A stretch of DNA of 64,000 nucleotides, taken from Candidatus Woesearchaeota archaeon (GTDB taxonomy: Archaea > Nanobdellota > Nanobdellia > Pacearchaeales > GW2011-AR1). Positions 7,648-17,721 of this stretch are shown piece after piece. Position numbers and translations under genes: made by a program. The stretch covers positions 6,568-70,567 of the forward strand of contig CAYQOY010000002.1 of the NCBI GenBank assembly GCA_964419275.1. The letters are read 5' to 3'. Each line of letters opens with the position of its first letter. The stretch's first letter is position 1. Under the pieces are notes generated by a model. That model made no database searches and had not been told where the DNA came from. It saw nothing but the letters and a program-made list of their open reading frames with translations.

Positions 7648-10600
7648 CAAAAAATAAAATATTTATCTCAGTTTTGATTTTAAGTTTAGTAGTTTTAACT
7701 TTGTTAAGCCAGATTTCTGCTGCTTCTCTTTTTAGTTTTGACAAGCAAGTTTACACTTATCCTGAACAACAAAAAATTGAGAAAGAGGGAATGATTTGCA
7801 ATTCTGGGCAGGATTTATTGATTAGAGTCGCGCCTTTTGGATGCGAGCCTGCTCCGGTTAGAAGCGATTTATTGGAAGAAAACAATGTCTTAGTTTATTG
7901 CCCTATTCAAGCGTTGCAATTAAACCCTGCAGTGAAAATAAAATCTATTGACGGAGTCAGTTTTACCGGTTCTTCAGCTAGTTCTGAAGTAAGGGGGGTG
8001 GGATTTGTGCCTTCTGAAACAGCTAAAAAATACGGGCTTGAACAAAATTTCATGGCTTATCAAAATATCGGATATTTATCTGTGGAATTGAAAAGACAGC
8101 CTAATGAAAGCGCAATGCCTGATTTTGTCGAGGGAAATCTCACCGCAAAAATTTCTTATTCTTCTGGAACAAATCAAGGAATCGCTTCCACAACCTTTTA
8201 TGTCAGTGAAAGTTTAAATGATTTAGAAAATACTGTTGTTCCTATCTTCAATAACAAAGCAATTGTTTCTGTGGAAGAAGTTTCCAAAGACAAAGTTAAA
8301 TTATCAATTCATGACAATCTTGGAGTTAAACTTTCAGATTTAGAATTAAAAGAAGGCGAGACTTCTGGAGAGCTAAAAATTCCTGGATTCAGTGTTTGCG
8401 ATGCTTCTATGAAAGTGAAAATAGATGATATCGCAATCAATCCTTCTAGCAGAGCTAGATTAAATGTGGATGGTTCAAATATTGAATTAATTAAAGGCGA
8501 TAAATTCTTAGATGGAAAATGCACTGTTGCAAATATCAATCAAGACAGTTTGTTTAGAAATGTTGAAGTTCAATGCTTAGAAGATGGCGCTACTTCAAAG
8601 ACTTCTTTCACTTTAGGAATTCAGCCTACTGTGGATTTAGAAGTTGTAGGAGAAAATTTAAAGACAAATCTACAAGTAGGAGATGAAATTTACGAATATC
8701 CTTCTGGAAACTTTGCAGGGAAAAAATTATTTATTGGATATATTGGTGAAGATAATCTCGGAAAACCAGTTATTATCATCTATTTAAGCACTGAAACAAG
8801 AAAAGAAGATTTTTTGAATCTTTTATCTCAAGATCGTTCTTCTATTTATCTAAAAGCAGCCACTACAAATAACATCTTCACAATTAGCAATGCTTTTTCC
8901 ACGTGGCAAGATCTCATAAAAACCTCAACATTTAGTTCTGGAGGAAAAAACACAATCGTTCCTTTAGGGGTTTATCTTGTTAAAGGAGAAAATGGCATAA
9001 ACATTGAAAAAATATCTCTTCAAGATTTAAGAGACTGGGTATATCAATTAACAGGAATTAGTGCGGTCCCAGAATTGCCAGAAATTACAACTCTTAAATT
9101 TGCTATCCCAGAAAACAAAGCTCTTTCAGGAGATGTGTTGAATAATTATAATTCTGCAAAGCAAGCTTATGCGGAGCTTGTTGAAAATTATCCTCAAGAA
9201 AAAAGAACTGACTCTGAAAAAACTATTGTTGAAGAAGCATTAGAAGAAATGATTTCACTTTCAGCAAGCATAAATCAAAACAGAGATTTAGCAGAATTCT
9301 GCGAAGAATTTGCATTTTCTTTTTCAAGTTCTGTGATTCCAACTGTTTGCAGCGAGAATCAAGTTTCTAATTCTGAAACAAGTTCGAGGGCAGTTATTGT
9401 TGGGGACTCTTCAAAGACAATTTCTTTGGTAGATGTAATTCATCCAGATGTTCAAGATTACAGTGTAGAAGTTTATGTTTCTTCAAGTTCTGCGCGAAAT
9501 CAAAGATACTTTTTAGCAAAAGACCTTAAGGCGAGTTTGTCAAGCGCTTCTCAAGAATCAATTACTTTAACAGATTTAACAGACGATACTGCGACATTCA
9601 AAGTGCAATTTTTACCTACGTCAACTAATAGAAACCCATCAACTTTAACTTCACAAACAATTAAAATTAAAATTGGTGAAACTGGAAAAGTCGGGAATTA
9701 TGAAATTGATTTAGAAAAAATTAATTTAAAGCGAACAGCAAAGATTTCAATTGTTCCTCAATTCAATAAAGGCTCTTCTTCTGTTCCATTCGGATTCAAG
9801 ATAGGAATTGAAAAAAGAGCAATTCAACTTTCACCAGAAAAAACTAAGGAAGCAATCGATAATGTTAACAAGAGCATAGAAACTTTCAACAAAATTTCAA
9901 GTGCGATGGACGTGGGATTGAAAGCTTTACAAGGAGCATGTTATGCAGGACAAGCTTATATGATGACTCGAGCGACTATAAATTTATTCAGTGGAGAAGC
10001 TGCTGCAAGAGCAACAGTAATCAACGGTGCAGGAGGTTGGAAAGCATTTTGTCAAGCACAAGCAGATGATCCAAAACAAAATGTTTATTCTTTAGAAGAT
10101 TGTTTGTTAGATAATTCTAAAGCAATTGAAGAAGAAGTGAAATATGTTCAAGAAAAAAATAAAAATCTTGAACAACTTGATTCAGAAATAGTCGCTAAAG
10201 CCGATGAAGAATTTAGCAAGAAAACAGATTGTTCTAATATTGAAAATGATGCAGATTGTGATGGAATTTTGAATGGAGACGAAGAGGAAGGGTCTCAATT
10301 TGGAGAGTTTTCTTTACAAGATTCTACGAAACTTAAACAAGACTACAAAGAAATGATAAGATCTTCTTCAACTTATCAAGAATTTGCTTTTTCTTCTCAA
10401 AGTTTAAATTACGCAACAGTTAATCAGTTAAAAGAAATTAAGATTTATTTAGAAATGTTGAATAATCCAAATCTTAAGAGTTCTGCGGAAAGAAAACTAA
10501 AAGCATTGAGTTTAAATCTAGACACAAATTATAATCAAATTATTAGTACCTCTCAGTCAATTAATCCTTCTTCTGGAACAACGAGTTCAAAAATTCAAAA

Positions 10601-12929
10601 TCCAATTGTAAAATATTATGAGGAGGGAGATTACAAGGGACTTCCTGCATTGGTTCCGGTGGATATTGAAAATGGAATTTATGCTGCTATGAACCAAGAA
10701 GATTACATCTCTAGAAACTTAATTGGATTTTATTTAGGGAATGTCGGAGGAGATGGCGTTGTTGATTTCTACAGCGGATTTAAAGATGATAAAGTTCTCT
10801 ATGTTAGTTTAGATCCTAGCATCGGGAGTATCGCTAGATTTGATACTAAAACTCAAGAGTTGATAGAACTAGCAAGACGTAAAATTACAGCAGCAAGAAC
10901 AGCTTACAAGCCTGGCGCAACTAAAGTTGCAATTGATGGAAAAGAAATTGCTGTTGAAGTTTTGAGTGTTGTTTCATCTGTGCTTCAATGTCAGAATATT
11001 ATGTCTGCAGAAGAATGCACTGTTTTATTCAATCTTTGCGACCCTGTTGTTTGCCCTCCAAGCAGATGCGATTTCGGAGGAGCTTACAAAGTTAACAATG
11101 TAATTCAAACAGGAATTATTGGAAGCATTGCTTTATGTTTGCCAAATATCAAAGAAGGAGTTTACATCCCTGTTTGTTTAACAGGAATAAAAGCAGGAAT
11201 TGACAATTGGAATTCAATTCAAACTTCCTATAGAGATTGTTTGCAAACAAGTTTAGACACCGGAGAAACAGTTGGAATTTGCGATCAAATTAGAAGTGTG
11301 TATATATGCGAATTATTTTATGAAAAAGCTGTGCCTTTAGCTAAATCAGCTTTGCCTGGTTTAATTAATTTAGTGACAAAACAAAAAGCTTCTGGCGGAG
11401 GAGAATTATTATTCACAGACAGCGCAACTTACATAATGGATTCCTTGGAATCTTTGAAAGAGACTTATGGAGTAAGTTCACAAAAAGCATTTTCCACCAA
11501 GGAAGTTACTTCTGTTGGGGGTTCTTTCTGTAAGAACTTTATGTCTACACCTATTCCTTCAAACTTTAGTGGATTCATTGAATTTGCAGGCAAAGCATTA
11601 CAGCCAGATTCTCCTACTCAATATCATGCTAGATTTGATGAAACTAAAATTAGTAGTGTTGGAACCCCTAGTTCTCATTACAAAGTTTTCTATCATATTT
11701 TTGCAGGAAATAATGCAGATGTTAGTTATAGTGTTTTCTTGAGGGGAGAAAGTATTTCTTCAAATAAAGTTGTTGCATCAGGAACAATTCCAGCAGGAAG
11801 CTATGCAACAGAAACCAAAGACTTTACTGCTGTTCCAGGTTATAAAGAACTATGTATTTCCATTAATGGAATTGATAATTGCGGATTCAAACAAGTTTCA
11901 ACTTCTTTTGCAGTTGATTATTTAACTGATACTTATGTTTCAAAAGAAATAAGTCAAACAGAAATAAGCACACAAAAAGAATGTATTTCTGGAAAAATCG
12001 GATGGCATACTTTGATGGGGGCATCTTTAGGAATGAGCCCCGGATCTGCAGCATCAACATTATTTGATCCTCAAATTTATGGATTTGATATTATCCGAGT
12101 GTGTTCTACAAATAATCCTGGAGAGGGAACAGATGCTGCTCGTTGGGCAGAAGTTGGAACTTGCGGAAGTGCACAATTGAAATGTTGGCTTGACACAAAA
12201 GGAGTTAAAGAAATGTTAAACAGTCCTGATTTGCTTAAAGCAATAAATTCTGAAGGAAAAGATTTAGAATCCATTGGAGAGGGAACAATGGAAGATATAG
12301 AAAAAAGTGTTCTTGATAGATTAACTAGCGAAGAAGGTTATTTTAATGAAGGGGATTTAAAAGAATTAATCAAAAATATTAGAACTTTAAGAGATCAAGG
12401 AAAATATAATGATGCATTAGCTGAGATTGATAGAATCTTTGATAAAGTCATTTTTAACAATCAAAAAGCAGAATTGTTATTATTGAAGGTTGAAATTTAT
12501 AGTGAAATGATACTCAATGGACTCGTAGTTGCTCCGGATTCTTCTGGTTTAACAAATACTGGGATAAATAATGTAGAGTCTTCAGAAGAAATTAGTAATC
12601 CTCTAGAGTGTTCCACTGCAAATCCTTGCACAGAAATTATCCCTTGTGAATACCAAGATGCTTCAGATGAAAGTTGTACAAAAATTTGTTATGAATCTGC
12701 TTGTGAAAATGGAAAATGTGTTCCTAAGAAAAGTTCAGAAAATAGATTTGAAAATAAAGATTGTGAGACTGTTAAATATGAGGAGTGTTCTGATATATAT
12801 AAATCTCAGAGAGATTCTTGTAAACAAAGTTGTGTTTCTGAAGGCGGCACCGAAGAGCAAATTGATGCTTGTGTTTCTTCTTGTGATAACGGATTTCTGT
12901 ATAATTTAAGTAAATGCATTTCTAATTAA
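7644..12929 (+). CDS. giant secreted/surface protein (1761 aa) with Cys-rich modules
   Basis: The start overlaps the upstream stop (ATGA). It has a signal peptide MTKNKIFISVLILSLVVLTLLSQISAAS, a Cys-rich hydrophobic core near nt 10980-11380, and a C-terminal module with 18 Cys (by hand count). Confidence 0.75.
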   Translation: MTKNKIFISVLILSLVVLTLLSQISAASLFSFDKQVYTYPEQQKIEKEGMICNSGQDLLIRVAPFGCEPAPVRSDLLEENNVLVYCPIQALQLNPAVKIKSIDGVSFTGSSASSEVRGVGFVPSETAKKYGLEQNFMAYQNIGYLSVELKRQPNESAMPDFVEGNLTAKISYSSGTNQGIASTTFYVSESLNDLENTVVPIFNNKAIVSVEEVSKDKVKLSIHDNLGVKLSDLELKEGETSGELKIPGFSVCDASMKVKIDDIAINPSSRARLNVDGSNIELIKGDKFLDGKCTVANINQDSLFRNVEVQCLEDGATSKTSFTLGIQPTVDLEVVGENLKTNLQVGDEIYEYPSGNFAGKKLFIGYIGEDNLGKPVIIIYLSTETRKEDFLNLLSQDRSSIYLKAATTNNIFTISNAFSTWQDLIKTSTFSSGGKNTIVPLGVYLVKGENGINIEKISLQDLRDWVYQLTGISAVPELPEITTLKFAIPENKALSGDVLNNYNSAKQAYAELVENYPQEKRTDSEKTIVEEALEEMISLSASINQNRDLAEFCEEFAFSFSSSVIPTVCSENQVSNSETSSRAVIVGDSSKTISLVDVIHPDVQDYSVEVYVSSSSARNQRYFLAKDLKASLSSASQESITLTDLTDDTATFKVQFLPTSTNRNPSTLTSQTIKIKIGETGKVGNYEIDLEKINLKRTAKISIVPQFNKGSSSVPFGFKIGIEKRAIQLSPEKTKEAIDNVNKSIETFNKISSAMDVGLKALQGACYAGQAYMMTRATINLFSGEAAARATVINGAGGWKAFCQAQADDPKQNVYSLEDCLLDNSKAIEEEVKYVQEKNKNLEQLDSEIVAKADEEFSKKTDCSNIENDADCDGILNGDEEEGSQFGEFSLQDSTKLKQDYKEMIRSSSTYQEFAFSSQSLNYATVNQLKEIKIYLEMLNNPNLKSSAERKLKALSLNLDTNYNQIISTSQSINPSSGTTSSKIQNPIVKYYEEGDYKGLPALVPVDIENGIYAAMNQEDYISRNLIGFYLGNVGGDGVVDFYSGFKDDKVLYVSLDPSIGSIARFDTKTQELIELARRKITAARTAYKPGATKVAIDGKEIAVEVLSVVSSVLQCQNIMSAEECTVLFNLCDPVVCPPSRCDFGGAYKVNNVIQTGIIGSIALCLPNIKEGVYIPVCLTGIKAGIDNWNSIQTSYRDCLQTSLDTGETVGICDQIRSVYICELFYEKAVPLAKSALPGLINLVTKQKASGGGELLFTDSATYIMDSLESLKETYGVSSQKAFSTKEVTSVGGSFCKNFMSTPIPSNFSGFIEFAGKALQPDSPTQYHARFDETKISSVGTPSSHYKVFYHIFAGNNADVSYSVFLRGESISSNKVVASGTIPAGSYATETKDFTAVPGYKELCISINGIDNCGFKQVSTSFAVDYLTDTYVSKEISQTEISTQKECISGKIGWHTLMGASLGMSPGSAASTLFDPQIYGFDIIRVCSTNNPGEGTDAARWAEVGTCGSAQLKCWLDTKGVKEMLNSPDLLKAINSEGKDLESIGEGTMEDIEKSVLDRLTSEEGYFNEGDLKELIKNIRTLRDQGKYNDALAEIDRIFDKVIFNNQKAELLLLKVEIYSEMILNGLVVAPDSSGLTNTGINNVESSEEISNPLECSTANPCTEIIPCEYQDASDESCTKICYESACENGKCVPKKSSENRFENKDCETVKYEECSDIYKSQRDSCKQSCVSEGGTEEQIDACVSSCDNGFLYNLSKCISN

Positions 12930-12963
12930 TTGCGCAGAACTAATTTTAATAAAGAAATCTTCA

Positions 12964-13047
12964 TGCGGAAGATAGGATTCGAACCTATGTAGGCACTAAG
13001 CCGCTGGAGCCTAAATCCAGCCCGTTTGACCACTCCGGCACTTCCGC
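12964..13047 (-). tRNA. tRNA-Leu (anticodon UAG)
   Basis: Hand-folded: acceptor GCGGAAG/CTTCCGC, anticodon loop TTTAGGC, long variable arm, T-loop TTCGAAT. 84 nt. Confidence 0.9.
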
Positions 13048-13121
13048 GTAATATTTTTCAGTATTCAGAGTTTAAAAAGCTTAAATGAACGCAACTAAAT
13101 GTAGATTAAAATTATCTAGAA

Positions 13122-14066
13122 TTATTCTTTGTGCTCTTTTTTCTTATCAGATTTAGATTCAGATTCTTTTTGCTTTATCTTGTCTTCTAAGCTAAGTCTT
13201 TCAATTAATTCTTTGTATCTGTTTCTGATTGTAACTTCAGTTATTCCTGCGATGTCTGCAACTTCTCTTTGAGTTTTCTTTTCATCGTTCATTAAAGCAG
13301 CGACGTACAATGCAGCAGCTGAAATTCCAGCAGGCCCTCTTCCAGAAGTTAATTCAACTTCTTCTGCACGTTTTAATATTTTAAGAGCATCATTCTGGGT
13401 TTTTGGAGAAAGTTTCAAAACAGAAGCGAATCTTGAAATGTAATCTTTTGGAGAGCTTTGCTTAATTTTAATTTGAAGTTTTCTTATGATGAATCTGTAT
13501 GTTCTTCCAATTTCTTTTCTGTCTACATCAGAAGCTGTTGCCATCTCATCTAATGTTCTTGGAATACTGTAAGAACGGCAAGCAGTGTACAAGCAAGCAG
13601 CTATAACTGATTCCATGCTTCTTCCTCTTACAAGTCCTCTTTCTAAAACAAAATGATAGACTCTTGCAGCTTCATCTCTTACAACATTTGGAAGATTCAA
13701 GTAAGAGGCAATAACTCTAAGTTCAGCCATTGCCATTCTCAAGTTTCTTTCAATTGATGTTGAAACTCTTTCTTGCCATTTCTTTAATCTTAAGAATTTT
13801 CTTGTTTGCCCCGGTTCAAGCTTGTAAATATCAGAAATTTCTCCAACATTTGTAATAAGTCCTTTATCGAATTTTTGCATGCTTATTGGAGCCCCCCCAC
13901 GCCCTTTCTTTTCAGATTTGTCGAATTTTCCAGAAAGGTCCATTCCAGAATCAACCATCTCTTCTTCAATGACTAATCCGCAATCATTACAGATAATTTC
14001 TCCTGCTTGAGGGTCATGAGTAATATGGATTCCTCCGCATTCTGGGCATTTTTTAACCATTGCCAT
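13122..14066 (-). CDS. tfb: transcription initiation factor IIB (TFB)
   Basis: N-terminal zinc ribbon CPECGG...CNDCG followed by two cyclin-like repeats. 314 aa. Confidence 0.92.
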   Translation of the reverse strand: MAMVKKCPECGGIHITHDPQAGEIICNDCGLVIEEEMVDSGMDLSGKFDKSEKKGRGGAPISMQKFDKGLITNVGEISDIYKLEPGQTRKFLRLKKWQERVSTSIERNLRMAMAELRVIASYLNLPNVVRDEAARVYHFVLERGLVRGRSMESVIAACLYTACRSYSIPRTLDEMATASDVDRKEIGRTYRFIIRKLQIKIKQSSPKDYISRFASVLKLSPKTQNDALKILKRAEEVELTSGRGPAGISAAALYVAALMNDEKKTQREVADIAGITEVTIRNRYKELIERLSLEDKIKQKESESKSDKKKEHKE

Positions 14067-14203
14067 TTTTGTTTTAGAATTATTTTCAGTTGGAAATTTA
14101 CGTAAAATTTATAAAGAGATTGCCTTTATAAAGCTTTCGCTAATTAAAACTAGCTAAAAGTAACAACTTTTTGTTTAATTTTCTTTAAAATTAGTTTTAA
14201 ATC

Positions 14204-14563
14204 TTATTCAACTAGAATTCCATTAACAACTCCATCTTGTGTTGGACGGCTTGTTACTCTAACTTTTCCTTTGTCTGTATCGAGGATTGTTCCTTTTGTT
14301 ATAATGTTTTGTCTTGCTAAGAATTTATCAGAAGGTGTTTCAATTACATTTTTTATTTCTGCTTGAATTGTTTTTCCTTTTTTCTGGATATTTACTTTTT
14401 TTGTTCTTAACAAAGAAGTTTTTGTGTTTCCGCCGGTGATTCTTGAAGTTTTGATGACTTCTTCGCCTAGCTTTGTGGTTTTCTTTTGTCCAGCTCTTTC
14501 GTAGAACCTTTTCTTCTTTTGTTTTTTATAACGTCCACCAGTTACTTTTCTTCCGTATTTCAT
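14204..14563 (-). CDS. rps8e: 30S ribosomal protein S8e
   Basis: GRKVTGGRYKKQKKKR at the N-terminus and VTSRPTQDGVVNGILV at the C-terminus are typical S8e motifs. Confidence 0.88.
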   Translation of the reverse strand: MKYGRKVTGGRYKKQKKKRFYERAGQKKTTKLGEEVIKTSRITGGNTKTSLLRTKKVNIQKKGKTIQAEIKNVIETPSDKFLARQNIITKGTILDTDKGKVRVTSRPTQDGVVNGILVE

Positions 14564-14650
14564 AGTATGATTTCCAATTTTTTTGTTTAAATATCTTTTG
14601 TTTTCATTTTTTCAATTAAAATAAAAAATATTGCGTTTACTAACGAAATG

Positions 14651-14658
14651 TTTATAAA
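14651..14658 (+). promoter_or_regulatory. TATA-box-like element upstream of the LSm gene
   Basis: TTTATAAA is centred about 25 nt upstream of the ATG at 14680. Confidence 0.4.
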
Positions 14659-14679
14659 GAATTTTTGCAAAATCTAGCT

Positions 14680-14931
14680 ATGGTTAACGGAATCGAGAGA
14701 CCTTTAGACTTATTGAACAACTCGAAAGGAAAAGAAGTTTTAATACAGTTGAAGGGTGATAAACAAATTGTAGGTACTTTGTTAGCTTTTGATATCCACA
14801 TAAATCTTGTGTTGGATAACATAAAAGAAATAGAGAACAATGTCGTCAAGAGAAACCTCGGAGTAGGATTCTTGAGAGGAGATACAATTATTTTTATCTC
14901 GCCATCATCCACTGGATTAAAGAAAGAATAA
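14680..14931 (+). CDS. Sm-like archaeal protein (LSm/SmAP)
   Basis: Sm1/Sm2 pattern: VLIQLKGDKQIVGTLLAFDIHINLVLDN ... FLRGDTIIFIS. The track start at 14665 is a TTG; the first ATG is 14680. Confidence 0.85.
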   Translation: MVNGIERPLDLLNNSKGKEVLIQLKGDKQIVGTLLAFDIHINLVLDNIKEIENNVVKRNLGVGFLRGDTIIFISPSSTGLKKE

Positions 14932-14997
14932 TTCTAGATTTCTCAAATAATTAGAAGATTTCATAATATATATAAAGAGAATTCTCTTTTTTCAATT

Positions 14998-15900
14998 ATG
15001 ACCAAGAAAATAGAGATAACCTTTTTAGGAACATCTGATGCAGTGCCAACTCAACAAAGAAGTCACACATCAATATTTCTGAATTATGCTGGAGAAAATA
15101 TTCTTGTAGATTGTGGAGAGGGGACTCAAAGGCAGTTTAGGTTCGCAGAGCTTAATCCTTGCAAAATAACTAGAATTTTAATTACTCATTGGCATGGAGA
15201 TCATGTTTTAGGAATTCCGGGAATATTGCAAACTCTGGCTTTAAGCGGTTACAATAAAACGCTTTATATTTACGGGCCAAAAGGAACCAAGGAATTTATG
15301 CAGAATTTATTGAAGACTTTTGTTTTTGTTAGGGAATATGAAATCGAGGTTAAAGAGGTTTTGGGAAAGTTCTTGGAAACAGAAGAATTTTATATTGAAT
15401 CTCAGCAAATGACTCATGGCACGCCTACAAACGCTTATAATTTCGTTTTGAAAGGGCAAATCAGAATTGATAGCAAAAAGCTTGATAAAGCTAAGATTCC
15501 CTCTGGGCCGCATTTAAAACTGCTTAAACAAGGCAAGAATATGACTTATAAGGGAAAAAAATATCTAGCTAAAGATTTTACAACAAAAGAAGCAGACAAA
15601 AAGATTTCTTTTGTTTTAGATACTTCTTTTAATCCCAAGATTGTGCCTTTTTCTAAACAATCAGATTTATTGATTTGCGAGTCTAGTTTCGGAGCAGATT
15701 TGCAGGATAAGGCTAAAGAGTATAATCATCTTACTTCTAAACAAGCAGGGGAAATCGCAAAAGCTGCTAAAGCTAAGAAATTAATTTTGACTCACATAAG
15801 CCAGAGATATTACAAAAATACCAAGCAAATTTTAGATGAAGCTAAAAAATCATTCAAGAATTCTGAGCTAGCTTTAGATTTCCTTAAGTTAACTGTTTAA
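14998..15900 (+). CDS. rnz: ribonuclease Z (tRNA 3' endonuclease)
   Basis: 300 aa metallo-beta-lactamase fold with the ITHWHGDH motif and RNase Z-like length and layout. Confidence 0.8.
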   Translation: MTKKIEITFLGTSDAVPTQQRSHTSIFLNYAGENILVDCGEGTQRQFRFAELNPCKITRILITHWHGDHVLGIPGILQTLALSGYNKTLYIYGPKGTKEFMQNLLKTFVFVREYEIEVKEVLGKFLETEEFYIESQQMTHGTPTNAYNFVLKGQIRIDSKKLDKAKIPSGPHLKLLKQGKNMTYKGKKYLAKDFTTKEADKKISFVLDTSFNPKIVPFSKQSDLLICESSFGADLQDKAKEYNHLTSKQAGEIAKAAKAKKLILTHISQRYYKNTKQILDEAKKSFKNSELALDFLKLTV

Positions 15901-15957
15901 AGACTGATTTCTTTGTACAGAAAGATTTTAAAGAGCTTTTTATTTTGTTTTAGTGAT

Positions 15958-16032
15958 GCCCCTGTAGCTCAGCCTGGATAGAGCATTAGCCTTCTAAGCT
16001 AAGGGTCGCAGGTTCAAATCCTGTCGGGGGCA
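15958..16032 (+). tRNA. tRNA-Arg (anticodon UCU)
   Basis: Hand-folded: acceptor GCCCCTG/CGGGGGC, anticodon loop CTTCTAA, T-loop TTCAAAT. 75 nt. Confidence 0.9.
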
Positions 16033-16173
16033 TTGTTCTAGTAAGAATACTCGCTCAACGACGGAATTTATATTAAAATCATTTTAATATATATTTTAGA
16101 ATATGTAGTATTCTATTGTATATTTTACTTTTTCGGATAATTTAAAAAGAAATGTTTTTTCTTTACTTGGAAA

Positions 16174-17721
16174 ATGAGGGAAGAAATTGCTGAACATTTA
16201 GGACCAGATTTTGAGAGTTCTTCTTCGCTTAATTCTTCTTGGCAAAAAATAGAGCATACTTCTCCTAAAACTTATATTTTGACTTCTGCTCAAGGTTCTT
16301 ACGAAGAAAATAAAGATGGGGACAAGCCTCCTTTGGGAATAGGAGAGGGAAAGGCAATTCCTCACAGTGATCTTTTAGAAGGATTTGAAAAACTAGGAGA
16401 GCTAACCGATGGAAGATTGATTATTTTTCCTATCGCAGGAAAAAATTGCAAAGAGCAGGTTCTTCATGAAGAATTATCAGACCGAAGAGATATTTTCGAA
16501 GGCTCTTCTTTTATATTCAATAGCAATCTTCAGTATCAAGATTTAGTTGTTCCCCCTCAAAATGTAGATCCAACAACAGGAAGAGCTAGCGCAGTTAGCA
16601 AGTATGAATCTTCAATGATTATGGCACACTCTAAACAAAGATATCTTCCTGTTCCTGTTTTTAGCTCTCAGCTTCCAAGATATATTTATACTACCGGAGC
16701 AGTAACTTATCCTAATTACAATCTAGCTAATGCTAAAGGAGATATTGCTGAGAGAAATCATATTCTTGGAGGATTAATTGTTGAAGTTTTGGATAATAAA
16801 TATTATCATATAAGAAATCTTCGCGCTAAAGAAGACGGTAGCTTTGTGGATTTAGGATGGGAGTTTAATGGCTCTGAAGACCCAAGAAGAGTGGGAGTTG
16901 AAGCGATTGTTTTAGGAGATATTCATTGGGGGGATCATGACGAAAAAGCAATTCAAGCAAATGATGAAATGATTCAATATTTCCGGCCCAATACAATTGT
17001 TTTACACGATTTCTTTGATGGGTTCAGCATAAATCATCATGAAGAAGATAATTACATTAGAAGAGCTAGAGAGCTTGGAAGAGGCAGACTTAGTTTGGAA
17101 GATGAATTAAAAGCAGATTACGCTGAGTTGGTTAGACTTTCTTTGTCTGTTCCTGAACGAGTTAAGATAAAACTGGTTGCTTCAAATCATCACAGATTTT
17201 TATCAAAGTATATCAATAGCGATAGATGGAAAGAGAAAGGAGATTTGTGGAATGCAGAGATTGCATCTTATTTATTTAGCAAGGCAATTGAGGCAGGAAG
17301 AACATTTCCCGAAGGAAGTTTAGATGATTCTGTTCTTTTGCTTCAAGAGGGATTAAAAAAATTTGGACCTATCCCAAGAAATGTTGAATTTTTGAGAGCA
17401 AATGATAATCTTAGAATCAAAGGATACCAGCTTGCAATTCATGGAGACAAGGGAAAAAATGGGGGAAAAGGGGGAAATGCTGTCGCAAGGTCAATTACAG
17501 GTGGAGGAAAAAGCATAACCGCTCATAGTCACGCAATGGAAATCTATCAAGATACTTATATTGTTGGGACTTCTAGCAGAAGAGATTTGTCTTACACTCT
17601 GGGGTCAAGTAATGCTCAAATTGCAGCGAATGCTATCCTTTATGATAACGGGACAGTTCAAATGATTCCAAGCATAGAAGGAAACTGGGCGTTAAAAGAT
17701 AGACTTTTGTGGAAGCCTTAA
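16174..17721 (+). CDS. calcineurin-like metallophosphoesterase domain protein with uncharacterised N-terminal half
   Basis: The C-terminal half carries the ordered MPE motifs LGDIHWGDHD, LHDFFDG, ASNHH, IHGD and AHSH. I recognise no family for the first 240 aa or so. Confidence 0.6.
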   Translation: MREEIAEHLGPDFESSSSLNSSWQKIEHTSPKTYILTSAQGSYEENKDGDKPPLGIGEGKAIPHSDLLEGFEKLGELTDGRLIIFPIAGKNCKEQVLHEELSDRRDIFEGSSFIFNSNLQYQDLVVPPQNVDPTTGRASAVSKYESSMIMAHSKQRYLPVPVFSSQLPRYIYTTGAVTYPNYNLANAKGDIAERNHILGGLIVEVLDNKYYHIRNLRAKEDGSFVDLGWEFNGSEDPRRVGVEAIVLGDIHWGDHDEKAIQANDEMIQYFRPNTIVLHDFFDGFSINHHEEDNYIRRARELGRGRLSLEDELKADYAELVRLSLSVPERVKIKLVASNHHRFLSKYINSDRWKEKGDLWNAEIASYLFSKAIEAGRTFPEGSLDDSVLLLQEGLKKFGPIPRNVEFLRANDNLRIKGYQLAIHGDKGKNGGKGGNAVARSITGGGKSITAHSHAMEIYQDTYIVGTSSRRDLSYTLGSSNAQIAANAILYDNGTVQMIPSIEGNWALKDRLLWKP

